64,000 nt of DNA from Paraphysomonas bandaiensis (GCA_965644295.1 CBFFRP010000342.1:62001-126000); one strand, 5' to 3'. Shown: positions 48,480-61,408, counted from the first letter of the stretch. Program-made: numbers and translations. The notes: a model not told the origin generated them from the sequence alone.

Positions 48480-50858
48480 TTAGTGTTTATCCGTCTGAGC
48501 ATTCCCAAATTTCCGTTGACTTATACCACGTTTGATGAATTTCATATTATCTTCATGCTTCTTCAATGTCTTTAATGGATTAAACGACGATTCTTCCCCG
48601 GAATCTTCGACGGTGACTGGCAGCGACTCAATGAAATACGCAATGAGGAAGAGCCAGTGTGCAACTAACATTGACATCGCCAATCCTCGGGCAGTGTAGT
48701 CATAGGTACTCGCGGTATAGTGCTGCAAGTTAGAGATTACTTGCCACTGCCACACAGCTTCCACACCCAAGAGAGAAACCACATATGACGTAAAAGAGAT
48801 GTATCGAAGAATGACAAACCAATGTTGGATCACCAAGAGAATTGTCGCAACTTGTAACTCACGGTTCAGAGGAAATCGGCCGGTAATAAGATTGCACACG
48901 ACAATGCAACAAATGCTATGATGTAGGAGCAGCCCCAAGCCGTTACAATAACCAGATATAGCATCGCGATATATCTTGTTCGTCCAGTCTCGTTGGGAGC
49001 GTTCAAAGTAGCACAAGGTCTCAGGAAACCCACCCTTCCATAAGCCAAACACCAAAAAAGGTAAACCGAAGACACTCTGGGAATATAAACCAATTGCAAG
49101 GCAAAGAGAAAACAATGCTTGAGTAATTTTCCAACCCAATGATGCAAACTCCTCTGAAAGGGACAGCCACGTTACACCTATTAGTCCTTCAAGGGCTAGC
49201 CCGGCAAATATAGTTGTGAAAGATAGAACATACGTGGCAAACATTGAGAATTCCTCGGTGGTGGTGGTTTCATCATCTAGTGGGCCGGAATCTGTGAGTT
49301 TCCATTCTTCTAGACAATTATCACCACAAAGAGATGTGAAAATTTTCTTCATGCGTGTGCGTGTCGCTGGGTGCATATGAGTGTGGGGAAATAGTGTCTC
49401 TCCCCACGCGCGTCTTAAGTCAGGGTTCGTGTACTTATAAATCTCTTCGGTAGAAGCCGTATACCGTGGTCCGGCCGTTACTACTAAATTCATCAGGAGA
49501 GATAAAATTCGAGTCTCCACGAACTGTGAGGCATCCTTATCTTGACATAAAATTTTTGGAAAAAGTAGTTTCCAATACAGGTTTTGATTGCCAAAACGCA
49601 ACACATAACCGAGATTCCAAGCGATGTACAAATCTGCCCAATCTTTCGTTACAGGCCACACAAGGTGTCGGTCACTGTAAGTATCGAGATAATTAGTATT
49701 TCCATTAAGTAAGAGACCCACCATGGCATTATCATGGAAGCCTTCGTCAACATCCACTTTGGCAGCAGCCAAGATATTATTCCACAAGCTCAAGATCTGT
49801 CGAGGGTAATGGTGAGCACCTTCTTCTCCAAGACCGATGGCAAGAACCCTTGCAGATTGATAAATCATATTCATTTTATCTTTCATAAACGTTTCCGCGC
49901 CAATATCATCCAAATGTTTCAATTTAATATGCCATGTCTTCTGAGTTATATAGTCAAACATATCAGCCAGAAAGGGAGCGTTGGTGGATGCTTCTGTCAT
50001 AATCGCATCCATTACCATCGCATGTGTCAAGGCCGCCATCGTTGAATTATGGAACGTTGGATGATTGTCATAATTAATATGCAATGCGGGGTTATCAATT
50101 GTTGTACAAGCCATCCCCACCAGATGCGCGTTTCCCTTGGCGCATGATGCAACGTCCGCAAGAAAGTCCGATACATTAACAGGTGCGCTAAGTAAGTCAT
50201 GCAATACGTCCCGAACTGCTGGATGATCTTCAAGATAATACGTATACAGCAAATCTTCAACCACTGCCGGATCCGTCTGTAATCCTGGCAGTACCGTTTT
50301 ATAAACCTCCAACCATCTGTCAATGCACGTCGTATTGCTCAAGAAGTCGTCATAAGGAGTGCTGTGATAATGATCGCCGACTTCATCTTCATGATTTAGA
50401 TAGAATCTTTCCATAGTAGGAATGTTATGATCAGCAACTCGACGATGTGTTTCCACATAACCAGGCACCAGTCCATAAGCAGAAGGTTCTTCCCATCTGA
50501 CTGGATCCCCGATAGCAACACCCGCACGAATACAACACACAACAATAGCAAAACAATTACAAATAGCAATAATAAATAATTTATATGGCCAATTTGATAA
50601 TGCTTTACTATAAAAATTTGCACCATCATAAGATTCACGTTTCTTTATAGTTTGCTTCATACTGTTGCGTGAGAAGAACAGATCGCTCTTCTCCTTAAAG
50701 AGTTTCTTACGTGGTGATGTGCTCCGTGTACTGGATACTTTACTGTATCCTGTACTGGAACGAAACGATCCATTGTTTGATTCTGTATCAGTACCAAGAG
50801 ATCGAGAACTGTCACCTTCAATGACCACCTCGAGAGGCTTATGAGTGTATTGAGACAT
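48480..50858 (-). CDS. Intronless 792-aa multi-pass membrane protein of unknown function
   Basis: One N-terminal TM, a large central domain, and about 7-8 C-terminal TMs with WKGGFPET and LLLHHS motifs. Confidence 0.85.
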   Translation of the reverse strand: MSQYTHKPLEVVIEGDSSRSLGTDTESNNGSFRSSTGYSKVSSTRSTSPRKKLFKEKSDLFFSRNSMKQTIKKRESYDGANFYSKALSNWPYKLFIIAICNCFAIVVCCIRAGVAIGDPVRWEEPSAYGLVPGYVETHRRVADHNIPTMERFYLNHEDEVGDHYHSTPYDDFLSNTTCIDRWLEVYKTVLPGLQTDPAVVEDLLYTYYLEDHPAVRDVLHDLLSAPVNVSDFLADVASCAKGNAHLVGMACTTIDNPALHINYDNHPTFHNSTMAALTHAMVMDAIMTEASTNAPFLADMFDYITQKTWHIKLKHLDDIGAETFMKDKMNMIYQSARVLAIGLGEEGAHHYPRQILSLWNNILAAAKVDVDEGFHDNAMVGLLLNGNTNYLDTYSDRHLVWPVTKDWADLYIAWNLGYVLRFGNQNLYWKLLFPKILCQDKDASQFVETRILSLLMNLVVTAGPRYTASTEEIYKYTNPDLRRAWGETLFPHTHMHPATRTRMKKIFTSLCGDNCLEEWKLTDSGPLDDETTTTEEFSMFATYVLSFTTIFAGLALEGLIGVTWLSLSEEFASLGWKITQALFSLCLAIGLYSQSVFGLPFLVFGLWKGGFPETLCYFERSQRDWTNKIYRDAISGYCNGLGLLLHHSICCIVVCNLITGRFPLNRELQVATILLVIQHWFVILRYISFTSYVVSLLGVEAVWQWQVISNLQHYTASTYDYTARGLAMSMLVAHWLFLIAYFIESLPVTVEDSGEESSFNPLKTLKKHEDNMKFIKRGISQRKFGNAQTDKH

Positions 50859-51510
50859 GCGTGAGCTGTGGAGGACGAGACTGAAATGAATCTCATTGAG
50901 AATGACATGATCCTCATGTGTTGTTGTCCAGTCATCTCATCCGACCGTCAGGGAGTTGGGTGACATGCCCATATGAGGTAATCAGAATTCCACAGTGAGC
51001 TTATCGTACATACATACATACATGAGAGAGTGAGATGTGCGTGTTAAACCCTGCCGTTCATCTCATACATATGTATACAGAGTGCAGATATTGTTAAATA
51101 TTGAGACTATTTAGCAATTCATATAGAAAATAGGTAGAAAATTAATAAAGAGTTTATAGAAAATAAGGAGTTTTTTTGGAGTGATGGAATAGAAAATATC
51201 ATTTTTATGATTTCACCGGAAGTACGATAATAACCTGCATATGTAGAGTGATCCGGAAGTGCGTATTCCTCACTTTCTTCCTCACTTTTTTAATAAAAAG
51301 TGAGGAATATGGAATCCAATGACCGGATTATGCATATCCAGAACACTCTCCTCACACTGTCAACTATCATATATGGGCTACAGTATGGAGTACGTGTATA
51401 GTGGTATACATACAGCATACATACAGCATACGCCCATGTAGGTAGCTATATATACACACCCTCCATATCTATACACACATCCATCTCCACATACATATAC
51501 ACACATAGTC

Positions 51511-52569
51511 ATGTTCAAACGACAGAAGATAGAACACAACACTCATTCATTCCCTTCACTCATTCAATCCAATCACTTCCATATCATTACATGGAATGTA
51601 TGGTTTGATGAGCTACGACAAACAGATCGCGCTGTGGCTCTGCTAGCAGCGTGTGTAGCTGAATCTCAAGCTGATGTTTTATGTTTTCAAGAAGTTACGA
51701 CTGTATTCTACCGTATTATACAAGCATCTGATTATATACACCAGCGATATGTGTGTGTTGAGGCCTTACGAACCACTCGTTATGATGTTTCCATATGGGT
51801 GCGACGAGACTTCACAGTTTTGAGTCACTGGGACATTCAGATACCCTCAGAACAGCATAGAAGATGTCTGGTAGTTGATATTGATATCACTTCACGTGTT
51901 CCTGAGGATCTTAGATCAACTGTCTCTTCACCATGTCGTGTGAGAGTGGCCACAGTGCATTTAGAATCCCTCCGTCATAATGCTGCCTGTCGTGCAACTC
52001 AATTAGAGACTATTCTCTCTGCTCTTGTATTCTCTGAGGATGCTGCCGCCTGTACTGACATATTCCTTACTGGTGACTTTAACTTCTGCTCGTCATGGAC
52101 AGAGAATGAGATAATAGATACTCATCCATGCGTCACGGACCTATGGGCTGTATTGCGACCGGGTGAGCAAGGATACACGGAAGACTCTGCGGTGAATACG
52201 ATGCTACGAATGCGCCAAGGCAAGAATAAACAAGTACGATTTGACCGTATCTTACAACTCCGACCTGCAGCACTCACAGTATGCTCTAGTGGGGAAGGAC
52301 GCACTTCTCCACCAGTAACTCCCCCTCGACGTAACCAGCAACAGTTGCCATTTCCTCCTTCCCCCCTGCCACGAAGGGAGGGTGCCTGCATCTGCCACCC
52401 CGTTAGTATCCAACTAACAGGAACCAGACCGACCGTCGATGAGGCGGAGGAAATATTTCCATCGGATCATTTTGGAGTGGTTGCCACTTTTGAAATTAGA
52501 GGGGTCCGTAGGGTATCGACCGACAATAGCAATGGAGGACACGAAATAACACCCGTGCAGACTATTTGA
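51511..52569 (+). CDS. TDP2: Tyrosyl-DNA phosphodiesterase 2-like EEP protein
   Basis: ITWNVWF, LCFQEV, ATVHLES, LTGDFN, RFDRI, PSDHFGV. Confidence 0.8.
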   Translation: MFKRQKIEHNTHSFPSLIQSNHFHIITWNVWFDELRQTDRAVALLAACVAESQADVLCFQEVTTVFYRIIQASDYIHQRYVCVEALRTTRYDVSIWVRRDFTVLSHWDIQIPSEQHRRCLVVDIDITSRVPEDLRSTVSSPCRVRVATVHLESLRHNAACRATQLETILSALVFSEDAAACTDIFLTGDFNFCSSWTENEIIDTHPCVTDLWAVLRPGEQGYTEDSAVNTMLRMRQGKNKQVRFDRILQLRPAALTVCSSGEGRTSPPVTPPRRNQQQLPFPPSPLPRREGACICHPVSIQLTGTRPTVDEAEEIFPSDHFGVVATFEIRGVRRVSTDNSNGGHEITPVQTI

Positions 52570-53443
52570 ACTTATTGAAGCCATCCTATTTAAATATCAT
52601 ACAGGCCATCTAGTTTCTGAATAAAAAATGATAGCCTATTTTGAAGTAATCGCACAATTATTGTATATTTCTTGTCATGTGTGTCATCCAAACACTGTTT
52701 CATGGGCATGGTTGGATATAAGTATTCATTATTGCTGCTCGCTTTTTGTAGACTAATCGAATTTTATCGCCACTTAACCCTTTACGTGAACCGCCACTCG
52801 CATATATCTCATATGATTTTTGCGAAATTTCTTACAGTAATGTTCATAGTTCATAGGTATGTCTACGATTTCACCATTAATCTTGTACAATTTCGAACCA
52901 GGATATTTCCTACCAACAGCCGAGTGATTAGTTATTGATGAACCAGTGTAGTCCTAGCATTTTATCCCCCCTCCGCCCAGAACAAGCGGGAGTTCTTGTT
53001 ACCCTATAATTGTATGGGCCGCACATTCATCTAGCTACTTCTATGGTGCTGATTCTCAACGCCTATTACTTCATAAAAGGGCTACACAAGTATAGTGTAG
53101 TTTTAGATAACACTTGCTTGGTCGCATATCTTGATATAACCACTATACTACTGGGACGCGCTCTCGAAATGGAAGACAATGGGAATGCATGAGGAAGAAA
53201 TTTCATCTAAATCCTTCGTGTCATATGTTAATTTCTTGACAATTCTTTAAAATTACACGACTTAGAAGCTCTCGTACATTAAGTAATTTTAGTAGACTAA
53301 ACTCAGAGGTAACTCGCAGTACGCGAATGACCACACATTTTACCATTAGCACTGGGTTTCAGCTACAAACTACATATTATCTCATTTTCAGCACCATCAT
53401 ATGATGTACCATCTAGTGAACCTTCACAGTAGAACGTGAAGAG

Positions 53444-56400
53444 TTAAATGGGCATTACGAACCTCTCTGGAGTCACCAGACATGCCTGCTGTCGAATATC
53501 GATTGTCATTGGAATGTCAAGTGCACAATATCCGGTAGCTCCAGCATCAGTTCGAGCAGCCATGATCGCCATTTTAGTGGCAAAGTATACACTGTTGGCA
53601 AGAACAATGCAAGGCTCACCTACCGCCTTAGAACGTAAAATACCTTGTTTGTTGGGTGCTCCTGCAATGAGCGTTACATTGAATGTTGAAGGAATGTCTT
53701 GAGCCAGGGGAGGTTTATACTCCCAGGTGCCAACTGATTCAAGCATGCCTGCTTCATCATAATCAATCCGTTCTTGCAGGAAATATCCCAAGCCCATGAC
53801 GAAACCGCCCTCGATTTGCCCAATATCCACAGCGGGGTTTAACGACCTCCCACAGTCATAAACGATTTCAGAGGATAGTACATTTACCATCCCTGTGAGT
53901 ACATCCAGCTCCACTTCGCTCACGCATGCGCCCCAAACAAAATACTGAAACTCTTCCTTATTAGGGTTGCTAGATGGGGAGTACCATCCATCAGCATTCA
54001 GAGATACATCAGAGTCAAGTAATCCCAGCAGGTCTCTCCAGGAGGCAGATGGGTTAGCCTCTCGATAGGGTTTTAGGCGGGAATTAATGATGCCGCACGC
54101 CTTGACAGCAGCCTGACAACACACTTCACTGGTACCCGACCCGCCAGTTGTCCTATAAACACAGCATGTGAGATGGGTTGGATTTACATAGGCCAGGAAT
54201 TTTAAAGTTAACCGCAGGACAGGAAAGTACCCCATTTAATATCAACTTACCCCCCATTAGCGATGCGATCAGTGGACGAAGCTGTCACGCGAATAAGCGA
54301 TATATCGATACCTAGCTCATACGCTACCGTCTGCGCAACCTTGGTGTTGATACCTTGTCCAATTTCACACCCACTGTGAGTGACTGTAACGGTGCCGTCG
54401 GAGCGATAGATTCCGACATGTACCCCTGCATTATATCCAGCCCATCCAATGCCATACTTTACGGGATCGATTGATATTCCACGCTTGCGCCACAGATTTG
54501 CCGAGTTAAACTGTTTCGCACGTGCAACTCGCTCAGCGTACCGAGATCGCCGAAGTAGCGTTTCCCAGCACCGATCAAGAGTGCTATTCTCAATAACCTA
54601 AACCCGAAACAAATGTCACACAGTGCAATGAACATAATGTAAATGCATGTGTACAAGTATTCTCAGAGACACGGAAGGAGTACCTGTCCCAATATGGTAG
54701 ATAGTCCATTTTGCAAAAAGTTCGTACGCTTGACTGTCTCTGCATCCACACCAAGCTCCAGCGCCACTCTATCCACCACAATACCAGTTGCAAGACAGGA
54801 TTGTACCACTCCCGGTGCACGCACATACGTTCTGGGTGGTGTGTTAGTGTAACAGATCTTTGCTCGGGCCAGGTAATTTGGTAAGTAGAATGCATTGTCT
54901 GCCCACATCATTGCCATACTGAGCCCACCAAGTGCGTCTGCATAGCTGTACCCAGCTTCCACGTATACATCATATATAACAGCATTAATCTTGCCGTCGC
55001 TATCAAAACCAATTTCGTAGTCGAACTCGTATCCCTCTCGTCCGCTGTTCATATACATGTCAGCAGTGCGCGTGTTAAAAATGCGTACAGGGCGCTTAGC
55101 AAGCCGTGTAGCAAGAGCGGTGGAAGCGGCTGTGGTTAGCCCACCAGTAAGCTTTCCACCAAATCCCCCTCCTGTTCTGAGACATTTGACAGCCACCTTG
55201 CTCGAATCTACACTCAGAATTGACGCGATCGTATTCTGGTAGAGTGTTGGATCTTGTGTACCGCAGGTGACTTCGAATACCTCACCGTCCACTCGAGAAG
55301 CAATAGATGAATGGGCCTCCATGTAAAAGTGGCTCTGACCAGTGGCCAAAACTTTGCCTTTCACACGACGAGCAGAGGATGCCATTGCGCCTTGTGGATC
55401 GCCAGCCTCTACGACTGTCACACTGGGCTGTCGTATAAGGCAGATATTACATAAACAAGAAGCATATGCATATTTCAATGTGCATCAGCAAAGGGAAATT
55501 TTACCTACCATTGGGGGCACATCAAAGAAAGACTGTGCTGCGACTGCTTGGGGAAGACTCGTAACAGGCTTTTGGTTGAGAGCAGTGTAAGTGAGGCGCA
55601 CCATAGCAGCCGCTCTGTTAACGACTTCATCCGATATACCCAGAATAACTCCCACTGGCGCCCCAACACATTGGACTACGTCTCCCACCTCCAGGTACAA
55701 TTTGACATCGTTAGCTACGTGGTTTGATCCCGGAACGTCTGCAGCACCAATGAATGCCACAACCCCAGAAAGTGCGAGTGCTGGAGCAGGATCGATAGCA
55801 GTCAGGATGGCGGAACATTGCGATGTAAAAACTAGAGCCCCACACAGTCCCTGAGGAGGCAGCGGTTCATCGGAAGGATATACAGCCTCCCCAGTCGTCT
55901 ACATACAGAAAATTCACACCCATACGACCAGAAATACATATAAAAAACATATGCATAAAAGATTCGTCACTCCTTCACAATTTATACGAAGAGTACCTGA
56001 GCCTTGGCTTCTAGTTTGATAACCGGTTTGGCGAGAGGGCTTGTTTTGTCATCCACATGGTAGACTTCAGTGCCCCTAGATTCAGGTTTAACGAAAGGGA
56101 CCACTGCAGACAACACTTGCGTTGGGATATCGGACCTGCTCAATGACACAGACATACAGTTAGCGTAAAGATAGATACAGTGTGCATAGCATGAAGCCTG
56201 TCCATAGGCATGGTGTTCAATCCGAATTACATTAACGAACAGCAATTAGCAGCTCAACGTATGTTACGTTCCAATGAAAAACACAAGCAATGATCTACAT
56301 GCATGGTGAAATTACTTGCGATAGCATCGTAGAAACACTCTATACAGACAAGACTGCATAACCGACACACGATACTTAGGGTCCCCATAGGCAGATGATA

Positions 56401-58441
56401 TCCCCGCATCCTGAAGATCCGCCTGAAGGGCCTGAAGACACCGCTGTAAAGTGCTGGTCACTACTCGGGCACCGGTTAGTACACCCTCAGTCCGTCTAGC
56501 AATGAATGTCTTTTCTGATACACCCCCGAAAACAATACGTGCATTGTGACAATGAGGGCCATGCGAGCTGCGTGAAAGTGAGATTATTATATATTGTTCG
56601 AACAAAACACTTGTGATTAACCTGTAAAAAGCGTCATAGGAAATTTGTAGATTGAATCCCGCATTAACTTGGGCGTGGGCATTGTGTTCTCGAATGCATA
56701 TCTTATAGGAGTCAGCAACGGTGTTTATTGCTCCCGGTGACAAACTGTACGGCTCAGACTCCATAACATCCAGAGAAAGGATAAGAAGTGCGCTATCATC
56801 ACCAGCGCGCTGCGCAGAAAAGTTATATATTACACCAATTTCTCGGCACTGCTGTATAGCTACAGACTGCGCACGAACTATACATCTACTACGCATACGA
56901 AACAACAACAACTCTTTACACTAAGCTTCTCCACCTGAATAAAGTCACCCATTGACATTGAAGAAACTGTTCCATCTTCTCCACATACTCTCAGGGTAGC
57001 TTTCGCCATTGTAAGTGAGAGTACTCCATCAGAGGGAAAGGAGGAATGCTTGCGGAATATTCCCAGATTACCAGCCCAGGTTCCTGCATTGCGAACCTAA
57101 ATATAGTTTTGATTGTTACATATATGTAGGCACATCGGAATTGCAACACTATAATAGTACCTGAGTATTAGCAATGCGCTGGAGGTGGTGTGCAGTCACA
57201 GAAAAGATACTGTGGTGATTGACTCCATCGGCTTCCTTCCCAGCAGATGCGTTGGCATGCTTGTTGAGAAGGGCAATGAGTTCTGTCAGTGTAGCGGTAG
57301 CTCCAACACGTAGAACTCGAGTCTCGGGGTCGAATGATACAGAGTACATCTCAGGGACAGCATTGACATCAATAAATACATTATACGCATCTTCTCTGTT
57401 GTACGGCGCAGTGCCGTTCAGATACTTGGTAACGCCAATCGAAGTGTTACCACCCACCAATTGAACGGACGCATCAGTACGATAGTAGTTGGAGAGAACA
57501 GCTGATAGCTGCTCGATATTTATGGGGCGGTACCAGTGCTGAGTGGAAGAGTAAAAGTGTAGGGGGGCGGGTGTATATGTCACTTTAGAATGCACGGGAT
57601 TAGTACTACTTCTGGTGCATTTGTTGGTATGAGAATGCGTCTTCACCGTTCCACACATGTCTTCGATCGCACCATCACAGGGAAGACCAGTTGTACCGCA
57701 CATGCCACGCACTGGATTACATGCTGCGCTACCAGCAGAAGAACACGACTTGAATGCCTTCAGTATAGGCTTATACCCCGTGCACCGACATATGTTGCCA
57801 TCAAAATACTTTTCAAGATCTTTACCGGTGGTGGGGACTGAACCGCCTTCCTGTTGAGCAGTGTTAAGAGCATGCATGTTCGATACCCATCCGGGAGTAC
57901 AATATCCACATTGCGTTCCACTATGATCCACCAATGACTGCTGTTCTTTCGAAAGGCCTGATGATATCGACCCAATACCTTCAACAGTTGTGATACGCAT
58001 TCCATCATTCGTACATAATGGACGTAAACATGAGTTCACTGATACAGTTCCCTCTGGTTTCGTTAATACCACAGTACATGCACCACATCCCCCTTCTTCA
58101 CATCCAAGTTTTGTCCCTTTAAGTCCAGCTTTATCTCGTATATACGTAGCTAACAACTCCGAGGGGTTTGGATTAATTAACTTAACTTCCATTTCATTTA
58201 ATATAAAAGTTAATTCATTTGACCATGGAATAGAATCCACTGAGAGAGGGCTGGAAGGGGTTGAGGGGGTCTCTGAGGGGTTGGATGAGGAGAGGCGTGT
58301 GTATGTATGATTCTTGTCGTCTCTATCCTGAAATATCCATAAAATAAATAGACAGACAAGGATAACACACGAGATGAAGAGGAGGAGAGTGATGGGATCA
58401 GATGACATTCTTGAGATTGTCTGCTGAGAGATAAACGACAA
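53444..58441 (-). CDS. Aldehyde oxidase / xanthine dehydrogenase family molybdo-flavoenzyme, multi-exon
   Basis: 2Fe-2S GTKLGCEEGGCGAC and QCGYCTPG...NICRC; FAD LVGGNT; Moco QSHFYME, GGGFGGK, RAPG, LNPAVDIGQIEGGF, SKAVGEP. Confidence 0.93.
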
Positions 58442-58480
58442 ATGAGACTATAAGACCAACAACAACAACACCGTAAGTAC

Positions 58481-58843
58481 ATGTATGTATGTATGTATGT
58501 ATGTATGTATGTATGTATGTATGTATGTATGTATGTATGTATGTATGTATGTATGTATGTATGTATGTATGTATGTATGTATGTATGTATGTATGTATGT
58601 ATGTATGTATGTATGTATGTATGTATGTATGTATGTATGTATGTATGTATGTATGTATGTATGTATGTATGTATGTATGTATGTATGTATGTATGTATGT
58701 ATGTATGTATGTATGTATGTATGTATGTATGTATGTATGTATGTATGTATGTATGTATGTATGTATGTATGTATGTATGTATGTATGTATGTATGTATGT
58801 ATGTATGTATGTATGTATGTATGTATGTATGTATGTATGTATG

Positions 58844-58877
<34 letters not shown>

Positions 58878-59319
58878 TGTATGTATGTATGTATGTATGT
58901 ATGTATGTATGTATGTATGTATGTATGTGTGTATGTATGTATGTATGTATGTATGTATTTATGTATGTATGTATGTATGTATGTATGTATGTATGTATGT
59001 ATGTATGTATGTATGTATGTATGTATGTATGTATGTATGTATGTATGTATGTATGTATGTATGTATGTATGTATGTATGTATGTATGTATGTATGTATGT
59101 ATGTATGTATGTATGTATGTATGTATGTATGTATGTATGTATGTATGTATGTATGTATGTATGTATGTATGTATGTATGTATGTATGTATGTATGTATGT
59201 ATGTATGTATGTATGTATGTATGTATGTATGTATGTATGTATGTATGTATGTATGTATGTATGTATGTATGTATGTATGTATGTATGTATGTATGTATGT
59301 ATGTATGTATGTATGTATG

Positions 59320-59353
<34 letters not shown>

Positions 59354-59546
59354 TGTATGTATGTATGTATGTATGTATGTATGTATGTATGTATGTATGT
59401 ATGTATGTATGTATGTATGTATGTATGTATGTATGTATGTATGTATGTATGTATGTATGTATGTATGTACATATGTATGTAAGTATGTATGTATGTATGT
59501 ATGTATGTATGTATGTATGTATGTATGTATGTTTGTATGTATGTAT
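58481..59546. repeat. (ATGT)n microsatellite, about 1.07 kb
   Basis: Near-perfect tetranucleotide array with only a few single-base interruptions. Confidence 0.99.
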
Positions 59547-59788
59547 AGGTAGGTAGGTACTCTCTCTCTATATATGGGTATGGGTGGCCAGGGATGGATA
59601 TCAGCGTATTCTTCTGTATATTGCGTATTTCTCTGGTTGGTTATGTTAAGGTGGGGAGGGTATGGATGTGGATGTGTCCAGAGGGAGGGTGCAGCTATCT
59701 ATCTATTGATCTATCTATCTATTGATCTCTCAGCTATCTGGTGGAGGGAGTTATCTATCTATCATCATCACACCATACAACATCCATC

Positions 59789-61408
59789 ATGAGTGAAGGA
59801 GTATCAACATTCTCTGGTATATGCGTCGCTGTGAACATGATGATTGGTGCAGGGTTTCTTGCAATGCCATCAGCCTTATCATCCGCAGGCATCATATCCT
59901 CCATCATCATACTATCCATTATATGTTACTGGATGATCATTACATGCACATGGGAGGGAAGGGCAGTCGTTCGAGCAGGAAGATATCTTCAAAGTGGTAG
60001 AAAAATACCAGAAGTAACTGAAGCTTTTAATTTATATTGCGGGAAATCTTGGAGGGACATATACGCTTCAGTTTTAGGGATATCTTTCATTAGTTGTTCA
60101 TGGGTACTGGCTATTCTCTTTGCTCATACACTCTCATCATCCCTCCCTTCTATATATCATCCTGAGGTTGTGTGTACAGCGGGCGATACAGACTCGATTT
60201 GCAATACCCGATACTCTATCAATGTATTTATTCTCTTTGTAATAACCACTCCACTCGCTCTTATGGATATCTCAGAACAATGGTGGATACAGAATACTCT
60301 AACGGCTATTCGTGTTATGCGCATGATCCTTATGTGTGTAACACCTTTATTGGCCTGGAGCACTGAGGCTCTACAGGTTTCGTTTCCTGTTACCTTGCAG
60401 TCGTCCTCACCTGCACCTCCTGTCCTTTTCATGGGCTCATGGTATGGTCTTGCGCAGATTTTAAGTGCGGCTATATTTTCCCAGTATCTCAACGCCAGCA
60501 TCCCTATCCTTGTGGATGCCCTCAAGGACCGCAACAATTTCATGCGTGTTCTGAAGACCACTTTCTTTTTCTGCCTTTTTTTATATATTGTCCTCTCAAT
60601 TATTGTGTCCGTGCAGTTCGGAGATAAATCGGCCAATCCATGTAACTTGAACTGGACAGGGTATCGATGGCCAGGTACTTCTAGTGAGAACTGCCCTGTG
60701 GGGTCTTTTTGCGACCTTTCCGCCCGGGCGGTAGAATTTATTGTCGTTTTTTGCCCTGCTGTGGACGTAGCAAGTGCATATCCTTTCATTGGCATCATCA
60801 TGGGGAATAGCATGACTGAGATAGCCCTAGGAGTGCCTATGCGTGAGGTGACAGTGGACAGTAGTGAGAACCAGGAAAGAGGTGTCGTTTCTTTCGATGC
60901 GATTGTGACCCCTCCAGCTCATGGGGGGCATGCGGATGTTTCCCTGGGAGGGGAGGGTATGAGACACTACATGTTGCTAAATAAGGCGTTCAGATTCGCC
61001 ATGAACACACTTCCAATGGTTTTGGCAGTAACTGTCACTGACTTTTCGACTGTGATTCAGGTTACAGGTGGCATATCTGTTATTATTTGCCTCGTCTTTC
61101 CAGCGTACCTGAGCCTTAAGTGCAACGAATACATGTCTAGACACGGATGGACCTACGGGTGTGGAGAAGATATAGTGGGCGGGGAATATCTACAGTGGGT
61201 GGATGGAACAGCATACAAACCCCCGGCCTCAACTTTACATTCTGGATATGGAAGCATACCCCAACACGACCCTAGTCACTCTGCCTACAACCCAACAGCT
61301 GCGCCTCACAGTGACGAAATCATTGAAAACCCCACTTTCAAGCGAGTGTTCTTGTGGGTGGGCGTCATCATGACGGGTGTGATCTTATATATTAGCGTTA
61401 AATTTTAG
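59789..61408 (+). CDS. Amino-acid transporter (Aa_trans / SLC38-TMEM104-like)
   Basis: VNMMIGAGFLAMP signature, about 11 hydrophobic segments, intronless. First ATG at 59789. Confidence 0.85.
   Translation: MSEGVSTFSGICVAVNMMIGAGFLAMPSALSSAGIISSIIILSIICYWMIITCTWEGRAVVRAGRYLQSGRKIPEVTEAFNLYCGKSWRDIYASVLGISFISCSWVLAILFAHTLSSSLPSIYHPEVVCTAGDTDSICNTRYSINVFILFVITTPLALMDISEQWWIQNTLTAIRVMRMILMCVTPLLAWSTEALQVSFPVTLQSSSPAPPVLFMGSWYGLAQILSAAIFSQYLNASIPILVDALKDRNNFMRVLKTTFFFCLFLYIVLSIIVSVQFGDKSANPCNLNWTGYRWPGTSSENCPVGSFCDLSARAVEFIVVFCPAVDVASAYPFIGIIMGNSMTEIALGVPMREVTVDSSENQERGVVSFDAIVTPPAHGGHADVSLGGEGMRHYMLLNKAFRFAMNTLPMVLAVTVTDFSTVIQVTGGISVIICLVFPAYLSLKCNEYMSRHGWTYGCGEDIVGGEYLQWVDGTAYKPPASTLHSGYGSIPQHDPSHSAYNPTAAPHSDEIIENPTFKRVFLWVGVIMTGVILYISVKF

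Noticed and set aside
58210-59556. Long ORFs (MYVC)n and (YIHT)n of 333-420 aa
   Set aside because: They are translations of the stop-free (ATGT)n microsatellite.
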